The translations under genes were made by a program, and so were the position numbers. From positions 124,001-188,000 of the forward strand of contig VJWM01000119.1 of NCBI GenBank assembly GCA_010909165.1: a stretch of DNA of 64,000 bases, read 5' to 3'. This DNA is from Anthoceros angustus (taxonomy: Eukaryota > Plantae > Anthocerotophyta). This document shows, one piece after another, positions 44,917 through 57,950 of the stretch. The stretch's first letter is position 1. Each line of letters starts with the position of its first letter. The notes below the pieces were generated by a model. It saw only the letters and a list, made by a program, of their open reading frames with translations, made no database searches and was not told where the DNA came from.

Positions 44917-47790
44917 CTACTCATCTCCAACCACAAAACTATGCACCAGCCCGTGCATGTCGGTCCACCAGCTCTGGCCAGGCTGCTTCCATGCCTTGTA
45001 GCTCAGTCTCCTCGCCTGAATCTCCTGTGCCTGCTCCCACATCTGTAAATTGGTGTAAATGTTCCACATCAACGCATATGCTGCATCATCCTTGTCGTCT
45101 AGCTTCACTGCTTCATAAAAAGCTTCACGTCCCACCTCCACGTTGCTCCACTTTCGACAAGCACCCAAAAGAGTGTGCCAAACTGCAGCATCAGGCACTG
45201 TCGGCATTGTCCTTATTACGGCTATTGCTTCCTCCATTTGTCCTGCTCTACCCAGGAGGTCCACCATGCACGTGAAGTGGTCTGCCGAGGGAGAGATGTC
45301 ATAATGTCTGCACATAGCCTCGAAATACTCTCGGCCCTTGTCAACTAAACCAGTATGACTGCATACAGTTAGCACACTGAGGAACGTGACGCTGTCTGGA
45401 TGTATGCCATCCTCTCTCATTCTGTATACCAAGTGAAACACCTGTTCACTGTCTCCTTGACGGGTATATCCTGCAATCAGGGCACTCCAGGTAACAACAT
45501 CTCTTTCCACCATCGAATCAAACACCCGCTGGGCATCAGCCATACTACCAGACTTTGCATACATGTTCACCAAACTGCTGGCAACGAGGACATCATCCTG
45601 AAGCCCTTGATATTTAATCCGTGCATGAATCTGCCTGCCAACATCCAAAGCTGACACACTTGCACATGCCTGAAGGAGGCACACAAACGTCAGAGAATCG
45701 AGTGCAGCAATGCCTTCTTCCTGCATGGCCTTGTAGAGACCAAGGGCTTCCTGCCCCATGCCCTGTCGAGCATATCCAGTTATCATTGCGCTCCATGTGA
45801 CCACATTTTTTAAACTCAGTCTGTCAAACACGCCTTGAGCATCCGGTAGGCTACCACACTTTACGTACATGTTTACCAAACTGCTGCCTACAAAGACTTC
45901 ATGGTGAAGCCTTTTTTCTCTGATTTGCCCATGCAGCTGCTTCCCCTTCTCCAAAGCCAGGACGCCCACACTTGCACATGCCTGCAGGAGACACACAAAT
46001 GTCACAGAATCAGGTGCAACAATGCCCTCTTCTTGCATAACATCGTACAGTTGCAGGGCTTCCTGCCCCTTGCCCTGCTGTGAATATCCGGCTATCATGG
46101 CATTCCACGTCACCACATCCTTCTGAACAAGCCCGTCAAAGACAACCTGAGCGTCCCTTACGCTGCCGCACTTTGCATACATGTTTACCAAGCTGTTGCC
46201 TACAAACAGATCACCTAGAAGCCCTCGTTCCCTTATTTGTGCATGAAGCTGCTTCCCTTTCTCATAGGCTAGGCTGCCCACACATGTGCAAGCCTGTAAG
46301 AGGCACACAAATGTCACACAATCGGGTGCGACAATGCCTTCATCTTCCATATCACTGTAAAGAGAAAGGGCTTTCTGCCCCATGCCCTGCTGGCAATACC
46401 CTGCTATCATCGCATTCCATGTCACTACAGTTTTTTGACCGAGTCCATCGAACACGCCCTGAGCGTCCTCTAGGCTGCCACACTTCGCATACATGTTAAC
46501 CAAACTGTTGGCTACTACCACATCCAGTTGTAGCCCTTGCTGATCTCTAATTTGTGCATGAAGCTGCTTTCCCTTCTCCAGAGCCGGCGTCCCCACACTT
46601 GCACATGCCTGTAGGACGGACACAAAGGTCACAGAATTCGGCATAACACTACCCTCTTCCACCATAGCCTTGTAGAGGTGAAGAGCTTCCTGCCCCATGC
46701 CGTGCTGGGCATATCCTGCAATCATGGCACTCCACGTTACCACACTTTTCTGAGGAAGCCCATCAAACACATTTTGAGCTTCTTGCAAGTTGCCACACTT
46801 TGCATACATGTCTACCAAGCCGCTGCACACAAACAAATCAGGCTCGATGCCACTATTCAACACATCAGCATGCACCTGCTGCCCAGCTTTCAAGTTTGCT
46901 CCCCTTGCACATGCTTGAAGGGCTGCCACAAACACATGGCCATCTGGCCTCACACTGGACCTGCGCATCCGACGATACAGTTCAATGGCCTGTGTAATTT
47001 CTCCATGCTTAACATGCGCAGATATTATGGCAGACCAGGTGAAGCAATCAGGATGGGCAACCTTGGTGAACACATCAGAAGCTTCCTGCAACCTAGCATG
47101 AGAAGCATACATCCGCAGGACATGGTTGCACAAGAACGTGTCCGATTCATACCCCGTCTTCACAATGAGACCATGCACAAGGCGACCCAGAGGCAGATCC
47201 TTCTTAGCCGCACAATCCTTTAGCACGGCATAAAAGAGGGATTTGAGTACGTGGTAGTCGGTCTGCACCAGAACTCCCAGAGCCTCAACGGCCTCAGTGA
47301 GCTGCCCCTGCTCACATAATTTGCTGACAGTATCAGAAGTTACAGCTCTTCCGTGTCCTGCAGGCCTGCGAGCGTCAAAATCATGCTCCACACTCCAACT
47401 GCATGTTCGGCCAGGATGAATTTCCTGAGCATCCAGCTCCGCATCCAGCCAAGGTGAGTTACAGGAGGTGCTTCGCGAGTCGAACCCCTCAAGCTTCCTA
47501 GGCTGGAAGTCAGGCGGACGAGAGCTCCTGTGTTGCCTCTTATTAGACCGCCAACCTGTGGGGGGCCGAAAATTTCGTCGCCAAAAGGACCCCTGCCAGT
47601 GTCCAGCCAGGCATCTGGCCAAGGTGCCGCTGCACCTGGCTTCATTGTTTGCAAACGCTTGAGTCCTTGAAAGGAGGTGAGCAGATGATCTGCCTGCAGT
47701 GTATGTTGACACATATGTCTTCTGGAACTGGTGCACTTTGCGTGACTCATTTGGAACGTTCCAGCCAGGGATGGCTTGCTCTGAGCCCAT
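44917..47790 (-). CDS. PLS-class PPR RNA-editing factor with E1-E2 and a WW-type PG box, DYW deaminase core absent; single exon; first ATG at 47790
   Basis: Repeated P-L-S triplets (VVTWxAMIAGY / VTFVxxLQACA / NSLVNMYAKCG), then P2-L2-S2, E1 AAVWHTLLGAC and KQPGQSWWTDMHGLVHSFVVGDE*. No HxE or CxxC motif in any downstream frame. Confidence 0.92.
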   Translation of the reverse strand: MGSEQAIPGWNVPNESRKVHQFQKTYVSTYTAGRSSAHLLSRTQAFANNEARCSGTLARCLAGHWQGSFWRRNFRPPTGWRSNKRQHRSSRPPDFQPRKLEGFDSRSTSCNSPWLDAELDAQEIHPGRTCSWSVEHDFDARRPAGHGRAVTSDTVSKLCEQGQLTEAVEALGVLVQTDYHVLKSLFYAVLKDCAAKKDLPLGRLVHGLIVKTGYESDTFLCNHVLRMYASHARLQEASDVFTKVAHPDCFTWSAIISAHVKHGEITQAIELYRRMRRSSVRPDGHVFVAALQACARGANLKAGQQVHADVLNSGIEPDLFVCSGLVDMYAKCGNLQEAQNVFDGLPQKSVVTWSAMIAGYAQHGMGQEALHLYKAMVEEGSVMPNSVTFVSVLQACASVGTPALEKGKQLHAQIRDQQGLQLDVVVANSLVNMYAKCGSLEDAQGVFDGLGQKTVVTWNAMIAGYCQQGMGQKALSLYSDMEDEGIVAPDCVTFVCLLQACTCVGSLAYEKGKQLHAQIRERGLLGDLFVGNSLVNMYAKCGSVRDAQVVFDGLVQKDVVTWNAMIAGYSQQGKGQEALQLYDVMQEEGIVAPDSVTFVCLLQACASVGVLALEKGKQLHGQIREKRLHHEVFVGSSLVNMYVKCGSLPDAQGVFDRLSLKNVVTWSAMITGYARQGMGQEALGLYKAMQEEGIAALDSLTFVCLLQACASVSALDVGRQIHARIKYQGLQDDVLVASSLVNMYAKSGSMADAQRVFDSMVERDVVTWSALIAGYTRQGDSEQVFHLVYRMREDGIHPDSVTFLSVLTVCSHTGLVDKGREYFEAMCRHYDISPSADHFTCMVDLLGRAGQMEEAIAVIRTMPTVPDAAVWHTLLGACRKWSNVEVGREAFYEAVKLDDKDDAAYALMWNIYTNLQMWEQAQEIQARRLSYKAWKQPGQSWWTDMHGLVHSFVVGDE

Positions 47791-47991
47791 GCATATAGGT
47801 AGGTCTATACATATTGCGGTAGTTGATGCGGCTTGCAACGATATTTTCCCGTCACCTTAGATACTTGTAGAGTTCAGTCCGCTAACCAAGACAGAGCGGC
47901 CAGAGGGGAATTGTTTTGAAGAGAAAGCTTTGTCTGCTCTGTCTGCTTGGTGCGTCGGTGTGAAAGCGATAGTGCATCACGCGCAGCAGCG

Positions 47992-48555
47992 ATGCGGCCG
48001 CTGGACGAGAAGGAGACGACGGAGGTGTTGGAGAAGCTGCACAAGTTTGTAGGCTCCAACCTGCGGCAGCTGATCGAGCGCCCGGCGCTCGAGGGCCCGG
48101 GCTCGGAGCCGGGAGGCTACTGCCTGCGGCTGCACAAGCAGAAGGTGTTCTACGTGAGCGAGGCGCTGGTGCGGAGGGCCACCAACGTGGGGAAGGAGCA
48201 TCTGGCGGGGCTGGGAACTTGCCTGGGGAAGTTTACCAAGAGCGGCAAGTTTCAGCTCACCATCACCTGCCTGGACCTGCTGGCGGCGCACGCCAAGCAC
48301 AAGATTTGGATCAAGCCTTCGGCGGAGCAACTCTTCCTCTACGGCAACCATGTGCTCAAGAGCGGGCTGGGCCGGATCACCGACAACACGCCGCGGTACG
48401 AGGGAGTGGTGATTTTTTCCATGTCGGATGTGCCGCTGGGGTTTGGCGTGGCTGCCAAGTCCACACAGGATTGCAGGAAGCTGCAGCCGAACGATATTGT
48501 GGCTTTACGGCAGGCTGACCTAGGGGAGTATCTCCGCACAGAGGATGATTTGTAG
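47992..48555 (+). CDS. NIP7: 60S ribosome biogenesis protein NIP7, single exon
   Basis: [56 protein letters not shown] (PUA domain) and [14 protein letters not shown]. Confidence 0.96.
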   Translation: MRPLDEKETTEVLEKLHKFVGSNLRQLIERPALEGPGSEPGGYCLRLHKQKVFYVSEALVRRATNVGKEHLAGLGTCLGKFTKSGKFQLTITCLDLLAAHAKHKIWIKPSAEQLFLYGNHVLKSGLGRITDNTPRYEGVVIFSMSDVPLGFGVAAKSTQDCRKLQPNDIVALRQADLGEYLRTEDDL

Positions 48556-49508
48556 TGTTCATCAGTTTTTGCTCGAGCCTGACATGGTCGCCAAGGAGAG
48601 GAGCACGCGGAAGCATCGCGTGGCTCTGGAATGCCGGGTAATGTCGGCGTTAGGCCGGCGGGCGGAGCGGTCAAGCTTCTCAGGCCTCGTGTGTAGCAAG
48701 GAATCAGGGCGGGTAGGCGAGTACGCGAGAGGAGGCTTCTGAGAGGCTGCGATGTTTGACGGAAGTAGTCTAGATATTATTGAAGTGGGCGTTCACTTTG
48801 GTGAATTTCATCATATCTTTGTTTAAGAGATGGGGAGCATGTTGCTCTCCTGGCAAAGAAGGGTGTGGCTACATGCCATTGTCGCGTGCGCTGATTCCGT
48901 CAGCTTTGTTCGAATCCTGCCAGCGTGGTGTGTTTGGATTTCATGGTTGGCATGGCTATTTAAATCGGAACGAACGAAGTATCTCGGACTCTTCCTTGAG
49001 GTCTTTATGTCTCAGGGAAAACTCGGGTTGATGGCGCACTTTCCTTTCTGCCGTGTGACTCGGAAAGCTGGTCGTGTGGACTGGGATATTCAGTGAATAG
49101 CTTTCGTCTTCAGTTCTTGCCGAACGACTCGGTCGCTAAGTTGTCGTTTCTCTAGCAGATCGAAGTGCCCGAGGAGTTCACATGACCAGGCTCTCAGTCA
49201 CTAGTCCACACCGGCATCGCTTTGAAGGGAGTCCGTTTGCGTAGGATGCATTGCGGGAGGTATTCCTCAGTGGAGGCCATGGAAAGGAGATTCAGTTGCG
49301 ACTTGGGTGTAATTCTGTTCTTGAAAGTGTGTGAAGAAGGAGCTTTAGAGCCAGCTGGGGCTTTGGGTGGTGGATAACTAAGGACAGCTGTGAAGCAGTC
49401 TATCTGAGCGTGATGGGTGTGCAGAGTAGGACATCACACTGCTGTAGTTAGGGGGTTCGATTGTGATCGGCCAAGTTCTGAGACCAGAGCAAGGAAAGGG
49501 GAGGCTAA

Positions 49509-52500
49509 ATGGACTTGCTAGAATCAAAGGCAGATTCCAGGAGTCGAATTCTAGACAGGTAGGTGTTGTAACCTTCGGTCACAGATAACATGCGAGACAG
49601 ATGAGCGATGAATGTGCAGTACTCCAGGCATCTACCTACTATCAAAGCTTGGAATTTGTATGGGTGGAATGATCGTAGCTTGGATTTGCGGATGACCGGA
49701 AGAAGATGAAGAAGTCTATTATAGTCTACTCAGCCAACTCACATAGTCCTTGCTTTCTGCTGCAGATTGAAAGCACGATTGTTCCTGGGCAAGCTGTGCT
49801 TACTATTTCTCATCACCTTGCCCATATTCTGCCATGCTACCCCGGCTGAAGGTTAGGATACCACGGTACTGCTTTTCCTGTTTTGTACTGATCACTCAGC
49901 CATCGTTGTGCGTATGGAGAGTCCGGTTAAGATCAACATCTATGTGTCGCATGGCAGGGGACGTGCTTGTCACGGTTATGCAGAAGTGGGCTGTGAGCTT
50001 TCCGTCCTGGAAAGCAGGAGAAGATCCTTGTTCTGGATCTTGGGAAGGTGTGAATTGCACAAATTCGGCTGTCACGTCCTTGTAAACTCTTTACCGTCCT
50101 CTCTGATTGATCTCTGCCTCCCAACCTGCGAAACGAATTCGCAATTCATCGACTAGCTGTGATCAGCTTGATAGTCAATGTCTTTGCTGGCGCGTGCTTG
50201 CAGAACGCTGGCAGCGAAAGGTTTACGAGGACCTATTCCACCGGACATTGCTCAGCTGACAGCACTTACGTTCCTCGACTTGGGCTTCAACTCAATCTCG
50301 GGTCCATTGCCCGCCGAGTTCGCGCAATTGCAAAGTCTTCAAACTTTGTACAACCTCAGCCGGATCCGGATCCTTTGGTTTTCTTCTTTACTGCTATTGA
50401 CAATTCCCTTCTGCACAACTAAATCTACTTCCACCTTCGCAGGAACTTGACTGTAAACCCGATGAATGTGCCCTTCCCGTCGGTGCTGCTTGGCATTCCT
50501 AGCATCGTGAATTTGTGAGTGCTCGGATTGATGTCTTGTCGGATTCATTGTCTCGCTGTTGCCTCCTCCAATTCCAGCTTACTACGTCTACGATGTCCTT
50601 ACACGCTGGTGTGCTCGATGCAGAGCAATCGATCACGCGTTGCTGACGGGTCCGTTTCCAGTGGAAGTCGGGACTCAGCTAGTCAATCTTGTAATTCTGT
50701 AAGGAGCTCCACCTCCCCAAACGTTCTTAACCAAGACTGTAGGCTCCGATATGTTCTCAAAAGGTCCTTGTGGTTGCCAAGACTAGTGCTTTAGATGCCA
50801 TGATTTTCCGCAGACGCAGAGGGCTTGTTTGGTGATCTCATGATGGTCATGTTCAAATGATGTAGGCAACTTGGAAACAACTCGCTTAATGGGTCTCTTC
50901 CAGCAGAAGTTGGCCGGCTCTCGAAGTTGCAAGAGTTGTCAGTGCCTTCTCTCCTTAATATATGCACGTCCTTGACCATTCGTCATTTTCTGAATGCGCT
51001 TTGTACATGACACTGACGTTCTGTATTTGCTGCAGGTCATTGTGGCAAAATGACTGGGATTCAGAACTGCCGCTAGAGTGGGGTGGGCTTGCGAGCTTAC
51101 AGTACTTGTAGGTTCCACAATTTTCTCTGGAGTGAGCAGGGTTCGGTTGTACAATTTGAGTTGTCTAGCAGCTATGTTTTCCTACTGGCAGGCAGTGGTG
51201 ACCATTCATGTTTGTTGCTTGTGTGTTTTCCAGGAATATGCATGATGGCAATTTGCATGGTGGTCTTCCACCAGCTTTTGGTCAACTGGCAAATTTGCAA
51301 CGCTTGTATTTTCCTCTGACCTTTTTGAGCTCAACTCAGTGAATAATGCGACTTTCTGACACAAACCTAGACAATTTTGCAGGAACTTCAAAAAAAACTT
51401 GCTCTCAGGACACATTCCCGACTCATGGAACAAACTAACCAGTTTGCGAGATCTGTAAGCCTTGTTTTATGAAGACAGGAGATGATATTTTGTGAAACAA
51501 TGGACTTGTGTAGGTAGTAGTTTGTGGATGTTCAAATGGGTCAGACAGTGCTGTGTGGTTTGCCTTGCTAGTGACTTACAGAATGGACTTGTTTATGATT
51601 GGATGCAGGCGACTCCAGCAGAACTCACTTTCTGGATCTTTACCAAATTGGCTTGTGACTCTCCCTGCTCTAACTTACGTGTAAGTTATAGATTGTGTCT
51701 TAGCAATTGCAAGAGTTTGCAGACACCAAGATTGTGGGGTATTTGCGGTACAAGCAACACCCTGGGGATGGTTTCCCCTAACATGTGGTTGTTTTCAAAG
51801 TGATCTTTCTCATAATCAGCTGCAAAACACTTTGCCATCACCACTGCCGACTGGAAATGTTCAAACGTTGTACGTTCTTGTCATTAAGTGCTCGTCATGA
51901 CTATCTTCTGGCATTTGAACCGGTTCCTAGTTTATGCTGCCAATACTTGACTCATTCTGATGCCACCAGGAATTTGCAGTGCAACTATTTTACTGGTATC
52001 AAACCATCCATAATCAGTTCCAACCTCAGCCTCAATGACAGGTTCACTTTCTTCCGCTTTGAACATGAGGTTTTTCATGTATGTGCCTGTCCCATGTGTT
52101 GTCTTTGTGGCACAAGGAACCCCGCAGTTGGAGCTGAAAATCAGACCTTTTTGCTCTTTACAGCGTCCTGAAATGGAACTGCTTTAAGGATGAAACCGAC
52201 AGTGATCCAGGCAGGAATTGTCAAACACCAATCACCTGCGACGCTTTCCAAAAGGCCCTCTCGGGTATGATAACCTGATTTCTCTGTTTGTTAGTACCTA
52301 TGCAGCTGAAAATTTACTGACTGGTGTGATTTGGTTCAATGCCTGTAGCTGGTGGATGCCCACCTTGCCCACAGCTGGGCCCAGTCGGTTCACCTGACCC
52401 TTCAACATGTGTGTGTTCTGGTCTACAAGGTAGGAAAGATAAGTCCATTCTACCGTGTGAGTATTTCATGTCCTAAATCAGACAATGCTTTTCCACAGTC

Positions 52501-54501
52501 AAATAGGTATTAGGTGAACCTAAGTTGAAATCCCTTGCCTGTCAGCCAGCAGCAAAGAAAGGAAGTCATCCTCCAGTGGTGCAGCTCTGGGAGGGGCACT
52601 GGGGTTTGTTGCGCTGTTACTTTTTGCCGTGCTATCATATTTGTACTGGAAGCGGCAGAGAGACAAAAGACACCGAGACACTGATGTCTTCTCCAGTTCC
52701 ACTACCAACCCCGGTATACAGGCTAAGCTGTGTGATATTCCGCATATCATCTGCCAGAACACATAGTGGACATCTGTCAAGCCTCCTGTCGCAACCTGTT
52801 GATGCAGGAGATTTGGAAATTGTGCCATGGAAAGCGCCAAACGATGTTCAGAGATATAGTTTCAATGAGCTCTCCAAAGCTACAGACCGCTTTAATGATG
52901 ACAATGTCATTGGTGTGGGAGGTTTTGGGAAAGTATTTTCTGGAAAGCTTTCAGAGGGTAAGACAGTTGCAATCAAGAGAGCTTCTGGCACAAGCAGCCA
53001 GGGTCTCTCTGAGTTCCACAATGAAGTTGCTCTGCTCAGCAGGCTACATCATCGACACCTAGTACGGTTGGAAGGATTTTGCGAAGACAATGGAATGCAG
53101 GTCTGGACCTTCGACAGCTACATTGACAGGTTTGCGGTCCACGGTCTGTGTTTTGTACTTATCACTTTCTTGGCGTGGCAGATTCTCGTTTATGAATTCA
53201 TGCCCAACGGCAACCTGCACGAATATCTCTCTGGTATGTGTCATTGTCAATACTGTTGCTTCTAGATGGTCGTGCTGATCACATAAACAGTGAACACGGA
53301 GTCCTGAGTTTGGGCTACTGAGATTTTTAGTATACTCTTGCCAGGAAAGAGGCGTGGGAAGGTTCTTACGTGGTACAAGCGCCTGGAGATAGCCGTTGGA
53401 GTTGCACGAGGATTGGAGTATCTACACTCCTTCGCGGTAAATTCAGCTCTCTGGCGGAAGTCTGGCAACAGACGTTATTATCGGTTTGCTCCATACCTCA
53501 CTCAGTTTATGTCAATCTGGAATGCAGAACCCACCTGTTATACATAGGGATGTAAAGCCCAGCAATATTTTGCTCGATGACAATTTTGTGGCCAAGGTTG
53601 CTGACTTCGGGATATCCAAAGTGACACCCGAGTTCGACACACATATTTCGACTCGGCCTGCTGGAACTGCAGGGTAAGATTGTTCCCCAAAAATTCAGGG
53701 CGGTTCTGCAGTCCTCTTACTTGTCTAGCGTCCGAAGGATGGTTTTTTGGCACGCTTGACATGGGAATAGTTTCGGGATGCTTCAGGTTTTTGGATCCTG
53801 AGTACTTCGTAAGCAGGCAACTGACAACTGCAAGTGATGTTTATGGGTTTGGGGTTGTGTTGCTTGAGCTCGTAACTGGCCAGCAAGCGATCGATCACAG
53901 CCGGCCGCAATATAATATTATTGCATGGGTTGGGCACCTTTCTCTTGCCTTTCGCTTGTGGTGAGTTTCGGCTTGGAACAACAGACTAACCCCAGTGCAA
54001 CGGAATCATCATGCAGACCAGACCTAGATTTGAAGTGGGAGGCGTTAGACAGATTATTGACCCATTGATGGAAGAAGACTACTCCGAAGAAGTTTACACA
54101 GCTATGACAGAAATCGCATTGAGGTGTGCCGAGTTTGACAGGCGGAAACGACCCACCATGAAGGTAAGCCCCCAACATACTACAGGCATTCACTTCTATT
54201 TAAATCAGGGTATCAGCAAGCCTGATATTCTTTTATATTCTTTTAGCTGCCTTGGCCCTGTCTGCAGGTAGTGTTGAGTGTGCTTGAACCTCTCTTAGAT
54301 CAATGGCCGACATCCACTGGAGAAGTTCCTCTCAAAGGGAGATCGCAATTCTTCGACAGCCTGAGGCGTAGCCTAAGTTGTAACTCCAAGCAAATGTCAG
54401 TGCCAGAGCTGGACCTCGGCTCAACTCATTCTGCATCGAACGCCTCTTCCGATTCTGGAACTGAAACTACCAGTATGGTGGCAAGCCTTCTTCCACGATG
54501 A
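49509..54501 (+). CDS. LRR receptor-like kinase (signal peptide, LRRNT, several short LRR exons, TM, kinase), many introns
   Basis: Exon 1 MDLLESK...DR|[24 protein letters not shown], then [12 protein letters not shown] and [13 protein letters not shown]. The kinase has [28 protein letters not shown] and DPEY, and ends ASLLPR*. Confidence 0.85.
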
Positions 54502-55129
54502 CTCTCGTAGGCTCTACGAAGCTAGAAAATGATTCGAGTTGGAGCCTGCAGGAACCTGCAAAAACATATGAGAGAGGGAGCTTGGGTGCCTGGGTAAACA
54601 GCATTGATGAAGGCCTTGCCCAGCTTGGAAGCACATTTTGGGCAACCATGCATTCAACTCTTCCAGCCCTCACCAGTTCCCACAGCCCCTATTCCTAAAT
54701 GCGCGCGGGCGTGGGAATTCTGCCTATTCTGTTTGGCTGGTTTGACAGGATTGTTGCCACCGGCATCCAACTCCAAGCGGTGGACGCCCATGGCCTGACA
54801 TTCCCTTGCACTTGGACAGCCCACTGCAGCGATGGAGGACCTCCTGCTCTCAAACAAAACCCTGGTTTGGAAAAATGGGCCATCAGTACTTCATCGATGT
54901 AATGCCTGCCCACATCCTGCTCAACATTGCCTGCACTTAATAACCACATCCTACCGACATCTGTATCGTGCAGCAATACAGGCTTGAGAGCACGAGGTGT
55001 TGTGCGGGTTGTGTGTAGACTACATGTGCCTACTCTCCATGCTAACATATCAAAATTATCTCAGAGCAATTTTTTACATGGGGAAGCAGGCCTTCGCAGG
55101 CCTGGAAGATTTCTGCTGCCAACTTCAAG

Positions 55130-55372
55130 TTTGAGCTCATTCCCGGTTACAAGTACACAGTGACGTCCTCCCACCCCACACTGCTGCCTTCCCTCTACGG
55201 CCACAGAAAATGCCTGGGCGGACCATTTGCGCCGATGGAGACCAAGCTCACACTGGCCGCCCTGCTCAAACACTTCGTCTTCCATGTGTCCCCCAACTAC
55301 AAGCCCGCCCCTTCAGCACTCCTGACTCTCACTGCCCAGTTCGACGTGAAGAAGAAGTTTAATTTTATTTAA
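55130..55372 (+). pseudogene. Cytochrome P450 C-terminal remnant (CYP72-clan-like)
   Basis: HPTLLPSLYGHRKCLGGPFAPMETKLTLAALLKHFVFHVSPNYKPAP. The FxxGxRxCxG motif has F changed to S, and no intact upstream P450 exons were found. Confidence 0.75.
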
Positions 55373-55841
55373 GTCCGGTAAGGACGGATTTCCGTCATGG
55401 GACTTGGTACTTAACAACTTGCACCATGGTGTGCCTAAGCTACTTGCACCAAGGGCATCCACTTCCCTTTAGGCACCCCATCTATGTACCGATCCAAGCT
55501 CAGGATGCTTAATCACGACGTTCTTATAAATGTGTGTCCAAATGGCCTAGGCCAAATGTGCCTATCATTGTGCACAAACACATGGCCTGAAAGCCAATCA
55601 TTCTCCACTGTCCCTTCACATAGTTAGTGCTACGTACATGTAACAAATCCCATTGCTTTCTTTAGCAGATAATAAGATAAAACTTTTATAAAAAGAATTA
55701 TAATTTATATCAAAGCTCTGCGCCAGGGCTGCAAGGAGACCAGGACGTAAAACAAACTTGGCGCAAAGCCGGAGCATCAACAAATGTTGGTTGTAACAAG
55801 GGGTTCCGAGGTTTACATTGTCATGGGGCTCGGTCCATACT

Positions 55842-57020
55842 ATGGAATACCGATCTGGTCACACGGGAGCGTGTGTGTGACTTTCTTTTTTTTGGGTGTA
55901 CGCTACGGAAATATGCCATGGCATCTTTCAGATACTTGCATACAATACACGTATAATACGTGCCACATCAGCTTCTGTAGGTTCGTACGCGGGGAAAAAC
56001 TTTCTATCACACGATCAGAGGCCTGGTGTATGGAATACCAAGGTCACACGGGAGCGTGTGTGTGACTTTCTTCTTTTTGGGTGTACGCTACGCAAATATG
56101 CCACAGCATCTTTCAGATACTTGCATACAATACACGTATAATACGTGCCAAATCAGCTTCTGTAGGTTCGTACGCGGGGGAAAACCTTCTATCACACGAT
56201 CAGACGCCTGGTGTTCCGATTGTGTCATGCACATATTTTCTTGTTTAGGGTTTTAGGGTTTTGATCCCATCAACACACATACATGTTAAACATGCGGGCA
56301 AGACATACATACACAAATTTTTGTTCGCAAGTATGGACGCAGGCTGAAGCCACGTCGTGAGCGTGGACAAGGATCACCCTGCTACGTTATGTAGTCTAGA
56401 AGGCCCTTTGTACGCTTGTGCACCGCAGGCTTTTTTGGGTGCAAACCTAGTATGTGTGCGACTGTTTTCATGGAAGCCCTTCTCCGTTGGTCCTTCTAGT
56501 ACAAGCTTGTTTCGAGGTAGTTAGTGCTATGTGAAACTGCACCCCCATAGGCAGCAGGCCTAGGAAACATTGCAGCCCTGTATGCAGCCAGTGCCAAACA
56601 CTGCAACCTTGCACGTAAGGGCAAACGCACTCAGCCGCGCCGCAAACACAGACGATTATTGCAGTGCAAACGCAATTGCATACGCTAAGCGCAGCGCTAA
56701 CGCAATCGCTGACAACCCTAACAAATTGTGGATGCCGTGTGACCGGATGGCATATTGCGTGCCGCAATGGCGCGGCAACGCAAATGACTTAAACACAACC
56801 CTAAACCCGAGAGAAGAAAAGTTTCTGTGTATCGTGAAATCTTTTCGTGCATCATGGGATAGGTTGGCAACATCGAGACACCGAGGGGCCGCAGCCCCAA
56901 CCGATGTGGTAATGCGTGACATACCGAAATAGTTCCGCCGTATGTGGCGGGACTATTTCTTTATGTCCACAACCCTAAAAAAATGTGGATGCCGCGTGAC
57001 CAAATCGGTATTCCACTACA
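55842..57020. mobile_element. Non-autonomous DNA-transposon-like region: 188-bp tandem pair, inverted subterminal motifs, telomere-like repeats, GC hairpin
   Basis: Units at 55842 and 56030; an inverted tggaataccgat.tggtcac copy at 56993-57015; tttagggttttaggg at 56244; aaccctaaaccc at 56797; 14-bp stem at 56926-56959. Confidence 0.6.
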
Positions 57021-57489
57021 AATCCACAAGGTTCCAAAATCGTAAAACCACCGCCTTGATAGGGGGCTCGACCCGCTCGCCCTACTTTGAACTGATTTTT
57101 TTTTTTTTAAGGTAAAAGAAGAAAGAGAAAAATTCACTTTTTTACTCATTAAGGTAAAATCTCAAATACATTAGGTAGATATAATAGGTAAAAATCAGAA
57201 CTAGTGGGTAGAATCCGGAACTAGAAGGTAGAAAATAGTTTTTGAGGGTAAAAATTGGAACTAGTGGGTAGAACTAGTGGAACATTCATCTAGGTGAGAA
57301 GCTCCAATTATCCTAATCAAATTAGCAAACCACCGTAAAGAAACTTGCGTACCGATCCACATACACATTAAAAAATGAAGAACTAGAATATTCCTCCATA
57401 ATTTTATGTATATCTAGATAAGCACAAAAATCATATAATGAGATAAAGAAGAGAAATCACCAACAAGAAGAAACCCACCTTCAGATTGC

Positions 57490-57950
57490 AAAAGGTGGCC
57501 CAATTTGGAGAAAATATCTCGACACCAAACAAGGCACAGTGGAGTTGTGGGAACTTGCTGACCTCTTTGCAAGAAGAGGCTCAATATCACAAGTGGATGT
57601 GGGGCCAACATATCTATGTCTGTGAACGAGGCCCACACTGGGGTGAACACTGGTACCTACTGTGGACAGGCCCAGAGTATGCCTTGCGATCCATGCTCAT
57701 ATCCCCTTCAACAGCCTGTGGTGTTGTGAGGATTATGAAGCAACAAGTGGACAGTGCCAACTTCTACATGTTTCAGTCTAGGTTTTTGTTCACTTACAAT
57801 AGGGTGGAGCGGTTTGCAGGGTATGCAGATTTCAAATGCAATGACGAAGAGCATTTTCAACTCCTGGAGGCAACAAAAATGATAGTGGAGGCATGCTATG
57901 CCCTGGCTGGAGGGATAGTGTATGGGGTCCTCGCAGGTCGATCGCATGCG
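57490..57950 (+). mobile_element. Possible decayed PIF/Harbinger DDE transposase fragment
   Basis: HWYLL..PEYALRSMLISP resembles YLLGDxxYPLxPWLxTP; NFYM..SR...VERFAG resembles FNxxxSxxRxxVERxFG; LEATKMIVEACYAL resembles IVxACxxLHN. The fragment is frameshifted. Confidence 0.4.

Noticed and set aside
44469-44936. 155-aa ORF after the PPR stop considered as a frameshifted DYW domain
   Set aside because: It lacks HxE(x)nCxxC and a DYW-like end in all minus frames.
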